NCBI GenBank assembly: GCA_964628025.1
Contig: CAZVLL010000005.1
Span: forward strand, 68,729-132,728
Direction: 5' to 3'
DNA from: an uncultured Syntrophaceae bacterium
GTDB taxonomy: Bacteria > Desulfobacterota > Syntrophia > Syntrophales > UBA2192
Length of the DNA stretch: 64,000 nt
Positions 54,365-63,288 of this stretch are shown piece by piece. Below the pieces are notes generated by a model, which ran no database searches, had not been told where the DNA came from, and saw only the letters and a program-made list of their open reading frames with translations. A program made the position numbers and the translations under genes. Numbering within the stretch: the first letter of the stretch is position 1; the number at the start of each line of letters is the position of its first letter.

Positions 54365-56113
54365 ATGCTGCATGCCGTCGACTGGGTCATCATCGGTTCG
54401 TACTTCGTGCTGAGTGCCGCCATCGGTCTCACCTACGCCCGCCGCGCCGGTTCCAGCGTTCAGGAATTCTTTCTCTCGGGCCGGAATCTCCCCTGGTGGC
54501 TGGCGGGCACGTCCATGGTCGCCACGACGTTTGCAGCCGACACGCCCCTGGCCGTTACGGAACTCGTCGCGAAGAACGGCATCGCCGGCAACTGGATCTG
54601 GTGGAATTTCGTTCTCGGCGGTGTGCTCACCGTATTCTTCTTCGCCCGGCTGTGGCGGCGCGCGGGCATCCTCACTGACGTGGAGTTCGTCGAGTTCCGC
54701 TACTCCGGCAAGCCCGCCGCCTTCCTGCGCGGATTCAGGGCCCTCTACCTGGGTCTTTTCATCAACACGGTCATTATCGGATGGGTAAACCTGGCCATGG
54801 CCTCCGTTCTCGAGGGGATGTTCGGCATCCCCCAAGGCCAGGTCATGCTCTACGTCGCCCTGGCTTTGGGAATCACGGCCCTCTATTCGGCTCTCTCGGG
54901 TCTCTGGGGCGTGGCCGTCACCGATGCCTTCCAGTTCGTCCTGGCCATGACCGGGACGATCATTCTCGCCGTCGTGGTACTCGGTCTTCCCCAGATCGGA
55001 GGGTTATCGGGGCTTCTGGATAAAGTGCCGTCCTGGTCGCTTTCTCTGATTCCCGAGATCTCGGGCAGTGCCGCCGGGAGCCCGGCGGGCACGCTCACCC
55101 TGAGCGCCGCCGCGTTCTTTGCGTTTGTCGGCATCCAGTGGTGGGCCTGCTGGTACCCCGGTGCAGAACCGGGCGGTGGCGGTTATGTGGCTCAGCGGAT
55201 GATGTCATCCAAAGACGAGCGTCACTCCCTTTTCGCAACCCTCTGGTTCACCGTGGCCCATTACTGTGTGAGACCCTGGCCCTGGATCCTCGTGGGACTG
55301 GCAACCCTCGTTCTCTACCCCGATCTGGGACCGGATGAAAAACGCCTCGGGTACGTCTATGCCATGCGGGATTACCTTCCCCCAGGCATCAAGGGAATGC
55401 TCGTCGCCGCCTTCTTCGCCGCCTACATGTCTACCATTTCCACGCAGCTCAACTGGGGCACCTCTTACCTCATCAACGATTTCTACCGGCGCTTCATACG
55501 GCCCGGGGCGTCGGAGAGAAACCTCGTTGCCGTCTCGCGGGCCGGTACGCTGGTCATGATGGCCCTCTCGCTCTGGGTCACGTCGATCCTGGAAACGATT
55601 TCCGGCGCCTGGGCATTCATCATCGAGGCCGGCGCAGGGCTGGGACTCGTGCTGATCCTGCGCTGGTTCTGGTGGCGGATCAATGCGTGGAGCGAGATTG
55701 CCGCCATGGTGACGCCCCTGGTCGTCTGCGGCTGCCTGCATGTTGCCACGGAGATCCGTTTCCCCGAGACCCTCTATTACATCGTGTCGGTTACTACCGC
55801 GACCTGGCTTGCCGTCACTTTTCTGACGAAACCCACCGACGCGCAGACCCTCGAGCGCTTCTACAGGCAAGTGCATCCGGGAGGCGCAGGCTGGACGGTC
55901 GTGGCGAGGTTGCTGCCCGAGGTGAAAGGAGACAGCGGCTACGGGCGGCTCCTGCGGGACTGGATCTTCGGGACGATTCTCGTTTATGCTCTATTGTTTG
56001 GAATCGGATATCTCCTTTTGCTGAAGACGGGACAGGGGATCGCCTGCTTCGCCCTGGCGGGAATGGCGGCCTGGGTGATCCGGTGCGATTTGAAGGAAGG
56101 GGCGAAGGGATGA
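54365..56113 (+). CDS. sodium:solute symporter (SSS) family transporter
   Basis: 582 aa, about 13-14 TM helices. The N-terminus EFFLSGRNLPWWLAGTSMVATTFAADTPL is typical of SSS proteins. Confidence 0.85.
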   Translation: MLHAVDWVIIGSYFVLSAAIGLTYARRAGSSVQEFFLSGRNLPWWLAGTSMVATTFAADTPLAVTELVAKNGIAGNWIWWNFVLGGVLTVFFFARLWRRAGILTDVEFVEFRYSGKPAAFLRGFRALYLGLFINTVIIGWVNLAMASVLEGMFGIPQGQVMLYVALALGITALYSALSGLWGVAVTDAFQFVLAMTGTIILAVVVLGLPQIGGLSGLLDKVPSWSLSLIPEISGSAAGSPAGTLTLSAAAFFAFVGIQWWACWYPGAEPGGGGYVAQRMMSSKDERHSLFATLWFTVAHYCVRPWPWILVGLATLVLYPDLGPDEKRLGYVYAMRDYLPPGIKGMLVAAFFAAYMSTISTQLNWGTSYLINDFYRRFIRPGASERNLVAVSRAGTLVMMALSLWVTSILETISGAWAFIIEAGAGLGLVLILRWFWWRINAWSEIAAMVTPLVVCGCLHVATEIRFPETLYYIVSVTTATWLAVTFLTKPTDAQTLERFYRQVHPGGAGWTVVARLLPEVKGDSGYGRLLRDWIFGTILVYALLFGIGYLLLLKTGQGIACFALAGMAAWVIRCDLKEGAKG

Positions 56114-56139
56114 GGGTCGAGGCGAAAAGGAGCCAATCA

Positions 56140-56823
56140 ATGACGAAGAGAGTATTGTCGTTTGGGACCCATCCCGACGACATTGAAATCGGTTGCGGCG
56201 GGACCGAGGCGGACCTTGCGAAGAAAGGATGCGAGATCACCCACGTGATCCTCACCTCAGGCGAGGCGGGGAGCGACAGGATTACCCCCCGGGATCTCGG
56301 CAGGATTCGGGAACAGGAAGCTGTCGAGTCCGCGAAACGGATCGGGATCGACAGGGTGGAATTCCTGAGATATCCCGACGGTCTCATGGGATTCACAAGG
56401 GAGATGAAAATCGATATCATCCGCATCATCCGGAAGCTGCGGCCGCACATCCTGTTCGTCCACGAGAGAAATGAGTTATCTCTGGGCCACCGGGTGGCGA
56501 GCGCTCTGGTCCTCGAAGCCATGCAGGCCGGATCAGGCCCCTGGTTCCAGGAGGCCGGTGGTGATCCCTGGTCACCCGAGGTCGTCCTAGGTTACGAAGT
56601 CTGGCATCCCCTCGGACATTTCGAGCTTGCCGTCGATATCTCCGCGACCCTGGAGACAAAACTCGAGGCCCTGGCCTGCCACCGTTCGCAGACGACCCAT
56701 GTACGCTACGACGAGGCCGTCCGGGGTCTTGCCCGCTGGCGCGGCGTCATGAGCTTGTCGGGTGGCGACGCCGAGGTGTTTGAAATCATCCGGGCATCGC
56801 AGAGCAGTCTTCTCCCATTCTGA
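56140..56823 (+). CDS. PIG-L/LmbE-family deacetylase
   Basis: I trimmed it to ATG 56140 (MTKRVLSFGTHPDDIEIGCGGT) after AAAAGGAG. The HPDD and later HxxH-type motifs are present. Confidence 0.8.
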   Translation: MTKRVLSFGTHPDDIEIGCGGTEADLAKKGCEITHVILTSGEAGSDRITPRDLGRIREQEAVESAKRIGIDRVEFLRYPDGLMGFTREMKIDIIRIIRKLRPHILFVHERNELSLGHRVASALVLEAMQAGSGPWFQEAGGDPWSPEVVLGYEVWHPLGHFELAVDISATLETKLEALACHRSQTTHVRYDEAVRGLARWRGVMSLSGGDAEVFEIIRASQSSLLPF

Positions 56824-56847
56824 ACAGCGACAAGGCGAAGCATACCT

Positions 56848-58047
56848 ATGAGCGAAGAGAGAAACGGAAGGCACCCGGTAACGGCAAACTGCGGGGTGGA
56901 AGGTCTGGCACGATTCAAGTCATTCCATCACATTCCGGAGTTCCGGATCGGAGGAACCTACAGCTTCGATGACCCGTCGTCCTGGGAATGCGGCGGTCCC
57001 GACGGCGTGACCCTGGAATCGCTCGGCGAAGGCTCCCTGCGCACGGCCTGCATCGCCGTCGGCACGCCCCATCGGGACGCAGACGGGCACATCGACAACG
57101 CCGTTCTTTTCAGCCCCTTTTACTCCGGCGATGCAACCCTGATGTATTTCTACTGGTACCGCGGTCAGGGAGGAAACGACTTCTGCGGCGGCCCGGTCGT
57201 GGGCCCCGGCGGACTGATCGACACGGATCGTTACTACGTCATTTTCCTCGACGCCCTCGGCCTCTGGGGTGCCGGCAAGCCGAGTGACGGTCTCGGCCTG
57301 CGGTTCCCGCAATACACCCTCATGGACTGCGTCCAGGCCAACTACCGGATGCTGCGGGACCACCTGAAGGTAAGCCGGGTGAGGCTCGCCACGGGAACCT
57401 CCATGGGTGCGATCCAGAGCTATCTCTGGGCCCTCATGCACCCGGGCTTTGTCGAGGCCATCATGCCCATGGGCGGTATCACGGAAACGGACGCCAACCT
57501 GCAGTGGCTCTTCCGCCTCATGTCGGCGGCCATCGAAAGCGATCCCGCATGGCGCGAGACCGGAGGCAATTACTACCACCTCCCGAAGGAAAAGCATCCG
57601 TGCCGGGGCGTCATGTTCGGTTGGTCGATCCTGTTCCACTCGGCCATGAGCTACGACTACCGGATCGAGATGGGCTGGGACGAGGTCCAGAAAGAGGTTT
57701 TCGCCTGGGAATTCCAGGGAAAGGAGGGAGCCCTCCTCATTCCTTACGGCCGAAATTACGATGCCGTCGACCTGCTGTACCGGAATCACGCGGGAAGGAC
57801 CCTGAACGTGACGCCGGACCTTCACCGCATCCGGGCAAGGACCCTCATCCTTCATGTGGCCAACGACCACTGGGTCCGGCTTAGCATGGCCCGGAAGGTC
57901 CACGAACGCATTCCCGGATCCGAGCTTTGCTCCTTCGAACACCCGCTGGGACACTATGCCCTCTTCCGGGCGCCGAATGAATTCCGCGACAGGATTGCAT
58001 TGTTCCTCGAAGATTCTTCCCCGAAGGCAACAGGAGGAAAACCGTGA
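56848..58047 (+). CDS. alpha/beta hydrolase (homoserine O-acetyltransferase-like fold)
   Basis: 399 aa. Nucleophile elbow GTSMGA and a C-terminal His region. The RBS is weak. Confidence 0.65.
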   Translation: MSEERNGRHPVTANCGVEGLARFKSFHHIPEFRIGGTYSFDDPSSWECGGPDGVTLESLGEGSLRTACIAVGTPHRDADGHIDNAVLFSPFYSGDATLMYFYWYRGQGGNDFCGGPVVGPGGLIDTDRYYVIFLDALGLWGAGKPSDGLGLRFPQYTLMDCVQANYRMLRDHLKVSRVRLATGTSMGAIQSYLWALMHPGFVEAIMPMGGITETDANLQWLFRLMSAAIESDPAWRETGGNYYHLPKEKHPCRGVMFGWSILFHSAMSYDYRIEMGWDEVQKEVFAWEFQGKEGALLIPYGRNYDAVDLLYRNHAGRTLNVTPDLHRIRARTLILHVANDHWVRLSMARKVHERIPGSELCSFEHPLGHYALFRAPNEFRDRIALFLEDSSPKATGGKP

Positions 58048-59375
58048 ACCGCGATACCATCATCGTCTTCAACGCAGCGCTCGACGCCGTGAATCCCTAC
58101 GACGCCGTGGCGAAGCACATCGAGCGGGTCCGCACGGTCTGCCGCGAGGAAGGACTGCGGAATATTTATGTCGTCGGCTTCGGCAAGGCGGCCCACGCAA
58201 TGACGCTCGCCCTGACCGACGCGCTATCGGACCGGATCGTCCGGGGAGTGGTTATCACCAAGTACGGCCATGCATCCGGCAGGCGCCTTCCGGAAACGAT
58301 CGAAGTCCATGAAGCGGGGCATCCCGTGCCCGACGAACAGGGAGTCGCCGGAACCCTCCGCGTGATGGACATGCTTCAGGAGGCCGACAGCCACTCGCTC
58401 GTCGTGTGCCTCATTTCGGGGGGAGGATCGGCGCTTCTGGTCGCGCCTTACGAAGGAATTTCACTGGACGAGAAACAGCAGATGACCCGGGTCCTGCTGC
58501 AGGCCGGCGCCGATATTGTCGATCTCAACACCGTCCGCAAGCATCTCTCGCGCGTCAAGGCGGGACGGCTCGCCGAAGCCGCTCATCCCGCGAGAGTCCT
58601 GTCCCTCATTCTCTCCGATGTCATCGGCGACCGGCTCGACTCCATTGCCTCAGGGCCTACCTCGCCGGACCAAACAACCTACGCCGATGCCCTCGATGTG
58701 GTGACCCGCTACGATGCAGCCGGAAATATTCCGCAGAAGATCACGCAATTACTCAGGGACGGAGCAGCGGGACGGATCGCCGATACCCCCAAGAAGGGCA
58801 GCCCGATCTTCGATCGAGTGGAAAACACCATCATCGGGAGCAACCGGATCGCCACGGAAGCCGCCAGGAAAAAGGCGATGGAGCTGGGATATGAAACGGT
58901 CGTGCTCACGTCGGGGCTTCAAGGCGAGGCCCGCGACGTAGCCCGGTGGTTTTATCGTCAGGCCCTGGAGTCCCGATCCTGCCTCGCTTCCGGGCGGAGC
59001 ACGGTCTGTCTCATCGCCGGGGGGGAAACGACGGTGACCGTTCGCGGAAAGGGTCTTGGCGGGCGGAACACGGAAATGGCCCTGGCCTTCGCTCTGGCCA
59101 TCGAGGGGACCTCGGACATCACCTTTCTCTCGGCGGGAACCGACGGGACCGACGGCCCGACCGACGCGGCGGGCGCCGTCGTCGACGGCCGGACGATCGG
59201 GAAGGCAAGGGAACTCGGTCTTGATCCGCAGGCATATCTCGACGAAAATGACTCCTACCATTTCTTCGAAAAAGCGGGCGGTCTGTTCACCACGGGGCCG
59301 ACGGGAACGAACGTGATGGATCTGCAGATCCTCCTTCTGGGCCCGATTCCGCTTTCACAACGCTCGGCCATGTAA
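58044..59375 (+). CDS. glycerate 2-kinase / hydroxypyruvate reductase-like protein (DUF4147 + MOFRL)
   Basis: 443 aa. GFGKAAHAM, GHPVPDE, LISGGGSALL, N.VRKHLS..K.GRLA and LSDVIGD motifs. The GTG start overlaps the upstream stop. Confidence 0.8.
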   Translation: MNRDTIIVFNAALDAVNPYDAVAKHIERVRTVCREEGLRNIYVVGFGKAAHAMTLALTDALSDRIVRGVVITKYGHASGRRLPETIEVHEAGHPVPDEQGVAGTLRVMDMLQEADSHSLVVCLISGGGSALLVAPYEGISLDEKQQMTRVLLQAGADIVDLNTVRKHLSRVKAGRLAEAAHPARVLSLILSDVIGDRLDSIASGPTSPDQTTYADALDVVTRYDAAGNIPQKITQLLRDGAAGRIADTPKKGSPIFDRVENTIIGSNRIATEAARKKAMELGYETVVLTSGLQGEARDVARWFYRQALESRSCLASGRSTVCLIAGGETTVTVRGKGLGGRNTEMALAFALAIEGTSDITFLSAGTDGTDGPTDAAGAVVDGRTIGKARELGLDPQAYLDENDSYHFFEKAGGLFTTGPTGTNVMDLQILLLGPIPLSQRSAM

Positions 59376-59398
59376 CAGAGACGGGAAACGGATCCCCG

Positions 59399-60535
59399 AT
59401 GGAAACCCAGCCCCTATACCCGGAACTCACCGGCCCTGCGCCTCCGACAGAAGGCATCAAATACGCCGGATCCAAATTACGGCTTCTTCCTCATATCCTC
59501 CAGATCGTAAAGAAGGTCGATGCGAAGACGATCCTCGATGGTTTTTCAGGAACCACCCGGGTTTCTCAAGCCCTTGCCCGGAGCGGATATCGGGTCCTGT
59601 GCAACGATATCGCGGCCTGGTCCGAAATTTTTGGAATCTGCTATCTGCTCAACAAGCGGAAAAAAGATATCTATGCCGATCTGATCGGACACTTGAATGC
59701 AGTAAAGCCCCGGGACGGATGGTTCACGGACCATTATGGAGGCAACGCGAACGGGGGTTGCTCCATCCAGGAGGATGGTCTGAAAAAACCATGGCAACGT
59801 CACAACACGAGAAAACTGGATGCGATTCGGGAAGAAATCGACGTTCTCCATCTGTCCAACGTTGAAAAAGCCGTCGCACTCACCAGCCTGATCCTGGCCA
59901 TGGATCGCGTAGACAACAGTATGGGCCATTTTGCATCCTACCTGCATACATGGTCGCCCCGATCGTACCACGAGATGCAGCTCACCGTGCCTCATGTATT
60001 CGATCACGCCGCGGAGCATCAGGTGTTTCGGCGCGATATTTTTGAGCTGTTGCCCGATGCCCCGGTGGATCTGGCTTACTTTGATCCGCCCTACGGTTCA
60101 AACAACAAGAAAATGCCGCCCTCGCGTGTCCGATACGCGTCCTATTATCATCTCTGGACCACGATCTGCCTCTATGACCGGCCCAACATTATCGGAAAAG
60201 CCAAACGACGCGAGGATGCATCGGACCGTACGGCCTGTTCCGTATTCGAAGACTTTCGAAGAAACGAGCGGGAACAATTCATTGCCGTGGAGGCCATTGC
60301 GCGCCTGTTGGAGAACACCCGGGCACGGTGGATTGTTCTTTCCTACAGCTCGGGGGGCAGAGCCACGGCCGAGGAATTGAATCTCGTGCTAAAGAAACAC
60401 GGAACACCGCGAGCGGTGATGGAGATAGACTACAGAAAAAATGTCATGGCCGGAATGAAGTGGACCCACGAGTGGATCCGGGATTCGGAACAACCCCACC
60501 GCGAATTCCTGTTTCTCCTCGATAAGAACGGATAA
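59399..60535 (+). CDS. DNA adenine methyltransferase (D12/Dam class), solitary
   Basis: 378 aa. YAGSK near the N-terminus, DGFSGTT (FxGxG AdoMet loop) and FDPPY (catalytic DPPY). No restriction-enzyme-like neighbour. Confidence 0.8.
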   Translation: METQPLYPELTGPAPPTEGIKYAGSKLRLLPHILQIVKKVDAKTILDGFSGTTRVSQALARSGYRVLCNDIAAWSEIFGICYLLNKRKKDIYADLIGHLNAVKPRDGWFTDHYGGNANGGCSIQEDGLKKPWQRHNTRKLDAIREEIDVLHLSNVEKAVALTSLILAMDRVDNSMGHFASYLHTWSPRSYHEMQLTVPHVFDHAAEHQVFRRDIFELLPDAPVDLAYFDPPYGSNNKKMPPSRVRYASYYHLWTTICLYDRPNIIGKAKRREDASDRTACSVFEDFRRNEREQFIAVEAIARLLENTRARWIVLSYSSGGRATAEELNLVLKKHGTPRAVMEIDYRKNVMAGMKWTHEWIRDSEQPHREFLFLLDKNG

Positions 60536-60634
60536 GATGTCCCCCTCAACCCTTGGGGCACGGTCTCTCCACGGAGGAGAAGGCGTCCCCATTCCCTCCC
60601 GGTAAGCGAAGAACGCAACGGGTCCAGTTTTTCC

Positions 60635-60663
60635 TTGACAAAGGCGCCCAAAAACGATTTAGT
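60635..60663 (+). promoter_or_regulatory. candidate promoter of the GntR gene (TTGACA-N17-TTTAGT)
   Basis: Sequence match only. Confidence 0.35.
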
Positions 60664-60668
60664 GCATT

Positions 60669-60685
60669 TTGTATACAATATACAA
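60669..60685. promoter_or_regulatory. candidate GntR operator: perfect palindrome TTGTATACAA followed by a repeated TATACAA
   Basis: TTGTATACAA (60669..60678) fits the GntR/FadR-type GT-N-AC core and lies at the predicted transcription start of the regulator gene. Confidence 0.4.
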
Positions 60686-60716
60686 TATCCCGCCATCGGC
60701 CCTGCGGAGACGGACC

Positions 60717-61394
60717 ATGAAAAAGCTTGGAACGCGTCATGAAAATCTGGACCTCAAGGTGTACCGTGAGCTCAAGTCGATGATCGTCGACCGCAAGCTG
60801 AAGCCCGGCGACAAGATCCTCCAGGAAAAAATCTCCCGGGAGTTCGGCGTGAGCCGCACCCCTCTCATGTGCGCCCTCAAGAAGCTCGAGCAGGAAAAGC
60901 TCGTTCAGGCCGTTCCGCGAAGAGGATTCTACGTTCGCCGGTTTACAAAGGAGGAGGTCCTCGAGGCGTTCGAGCTTCGCGAGATCCTGGAGGGGCTGGC
61001 GGCCCGGCGTGCGGCGTCCGCAATCACCCCGACTCAGGCGGAAAAACTTCGTACGTTCTTCCATGATGTCGATGTTTCCGACAGCGCGCACGGCATCCGG
61101 CGCTATGCCGAAGAAGACCGGCGCTTCCACCTCTGCCTCCTCGAACTGGGCGGTTTCGACCTCCTGAACGACATCCTGGAAAACTACAACATCATCACCG
61201 TGAGCTACCGCATCGACCTCATGGAGGGCCTCGTAAGGCACCCCCGGGAAACTCTTCCCGAGCACAGCGCTCTCATCGAGGCCATCACGTCCGGAAAACC
61301 GGACCAGGCTGAAAAACTCGCCCGCCAGCACTTTGCCCGCTCCCGGCAGCGTCTCCTGCGGGAAATGAAGCAGGAAAAGCGCATCCGGGCATAA
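60717..61394 (+). CDS. GntR-family transcriptional regulator (FCD/FadR-type C-terminal domain)
   Basis: I trimmed it to ATG 60717 (MKKLGTRHENLDLKVYRELK...). wHTH ...EKISREFGVSRTPLMCALKKLEQEKLV..VPRRGFYV, and an FCD-like helical C-terminus. Confidence 0.85.
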   Translation: MKKLGTRHENLDLKVYRELKSMIVDRKLKPGDKILQEKISREFGVSRTPLMCALKKLEQEKLVQAVPRRGFYVRRFTKEEVLEAFELREILEGLAARRAASAITPTQAEKLRTFFHDVDVSDSAHGIRRYAEEDRRFHLCLLELGGFDLLNDILENYNIITVSYRIDLMEGLVRHPRETLPEHSALIEAITSGKPDQAEKLARQHFARSRQRLLREMKQEKRIRA

Positions 61395-61451
61395 CGCAGG
61401 GATGGTGAAATATCAAGGGCGCATCGCCCTTAAAGCACCCGACCCACCGGC

Positions 61452-62333
61452 GTGGAAACCTGGAGACAGATCTTGGACACGGCGACGCAAAAAAGACGCA
61501 GGCACACCGTTGACGAACGGGCGACCCTCCTCACGGAGAAAGCGAAAGAAGTCCGCTCCCGCATCATCGACATGATCTACAAGGCCAAGTCGGGACATCC
61601 CGGAGGAGCCCTTTCGGCGGCCGATATCGTGACGGCCCTTTACTTCGACATCCTCCGTGTGGACCCTTCCCGTCCGCGATGGCCGGACAGGGACCGGTTC
61701 CTGCTGTCGAAGGGTCATGCTTGCCCGGTCCTCTATGCCTGCCTTGCCATGCGGGGTTACTTCGGACTCGATCATCTAGGCACGCTGCGACAGTTCGAAA
61801 GCATCCTTCAGGGGCATCCCATACGGAAAACACCGGGAATCGACATGACGACGGGCTCGCTCGGCCACGGGTTGAGCATAGGCCTCGGGATGGCTCTCGA
61901 TGGAAAACTGCGCGGAAAAGACTACGATGTCTACGTGCTCCTCGGCGACGGCGAGGTCAATGAAGGCCTCGTCTGGGAGGCCGCCATGGCAGCCGCGAAA
62001 TACAGAACAGACAACCTCATCGCCTTCGTCGATCGAAACCGCCTCCAAATGGACGGCTGCTGCGACGACATCATGCCCATGGGAAACATCGCATCGAAAT
62101 TCCGGGCCTTCGGCTGGAATACCTACGAGATGGACGGCCATGACATGGTACAAATCCTCCGCACAATCGAGAAGGCCCGCAGGGTTCGGGGCAAACCCGT
62201 CTGCATTGTCGCCAACACGGTGAAAGGCAAAGGTGTGAGCTACATGGAGGACCGATTTGAATGGCACGGCAAGTGCCCCGACGCAGATCAGCGTGCCTCT
62301 GCCATGCGGGAGATCTGGGGGGAGGACTCATGA
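61452..62333 (+). CDS. transketolase, N-terminal (TPP-binding) subunit
   Basis: SGHPGGALSAADI, LSKGH and GDGE.NEG motifs. GTG start; the exact start is uncertain. Confidence 0.88.
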   Translation: METWRQILDTATQKRRRHTVDERATLLTEKAKEVRSRIIDMIYKAKSGHPGGALSAADIVTALYFDILRVDPSRPRWPDRDRFLLSKGHACPVLYACLAMRGYFGLDHLGTLRQFESILQGHPIRKTPGIDMTTGSLGHGLSIGLGMALDGKLRGKDYDVYVLLGDGEVNEGLVWEAAMAAAKYRTDNLIAFVDRNRLQMDGCCDDIMPMGNIASKFRAFGWNTYEMDGHDMVQILRTIEKARRVRGKPVCIVANTVKGKGVSYMEDRFEWHGKCPDADQRASAMREIWGEDS

Positions 62334-63286
62334 GACCCCATACCCTGACACCGGCCACCGTGCCAACCCGACGGGCATTCTCCGAACGGATGGCAGAGTA
62401 CGGCGCCATCGACGGAGACTTCGTCGTCTTTGAGGCCGACATCGGCTACTCCACGTTTTCCCATCTGTTCGGCGACCAATACCCCGGGCGCTATTTCAAC
62501 ATGGGCATCGCCGAAGGAAACATGGTGAGCAGCGCCGCAGGCATGGCCGCCGACGGCCGCACCGCTGTGGTCTCGAGCTACGGCGTCTTTCTCACCATGC
62601 GGGCGCTGGAGTCGGTCCGGACCTTTGTCTGCTACCCCGACCTTAACGTGAAGTTTCTCTCCTCCCACGGCGGATTCACTCCGGCCATCGACGGGGTCAC
62701 CCACCAGGCCACAGAGGACATCGCAAATATGACGACTTTGCCCAATATGAAGGTCCTTGTACCGGCCGACACCCTGGCATCCAAGAAGCTTTTTGATGTG
62801 GCCATGCAGACGCCCGGGCCCGTCTTCGTGCGGCTCATGCGGGATCCGATTCTCGACCTCTATGAACCCGGTGATGCCTTCCAGATGGGGGGAAGTCACG
62901 TGGTGATCGAGGGAGCCGACGTGACCATCGCGGCATACGGAGACATTGTTTTCACGGCCATTGAGGCGGCAAAACTCCTGGCCGGAGAGGGCATCCGGGC
63001 CGAGGTCATCGACATGTACTCTCTGAAACCCTTCGACAAGGAAACTCTGCTCAAGTCCCTGGACAAAACGGGTGCCCTCATCGTCGCCGAGAACCATCAG
63101 AAGCGCAACGGTCTCGGCTACGAGCTTTCCAACTTCTGCCTCAAAAACAAGGTCGTGCCCTTCGACAACCTGGGCCTGGAGGACACCTTCGCCGAGAGCG
63201 GCAGCTACGAAAAGCTTCTCGAAAAATACGGGGTTTCGAAAACCCACATTGCCGAGGCGGCCAAACGCCTTCTCCGGAGGATCTGA
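62330..63286 (+). CDS. transketolase, C-terminal (pyrimidine-binding) subunit
   Basis: I trimmed it to ATG 62330 (ATGA overlap with the upstream stop, GGAGGA RBS). FNMGIAEGNMVS and the C-terminal transketolase domain are present. Confidence 0.88.
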   Translation: MRPHTLTPATVPTRRAFSERMAEYGAIDGDFVVFEADIGYSTFSHLFGDQYPGRYFNMGIAEGNMVSSAAGMAADGRTAVVSSYGVFLTMRALESVRTFVCYPDLNVKFLSSHGGFTPAIDGVTHQATEDIANMTTLPNMKVLVPADTLASKKLFDVAMQTPGPVFVRLMRDPILDLYEPGDAFQMGGSHVVIEGADVTIAAYGDIVFTAIEAAKLLAGEGIRAEVIDMYSLKPFDKETLLKSLDKTGALIVAENHQKRNGLGYELSNFCLKNKVVPFDNLGLEDTFAESGSYEKLLEKYGVSKTHIAEAAKRLLRRI

Positions 63287-63288
63287 CC

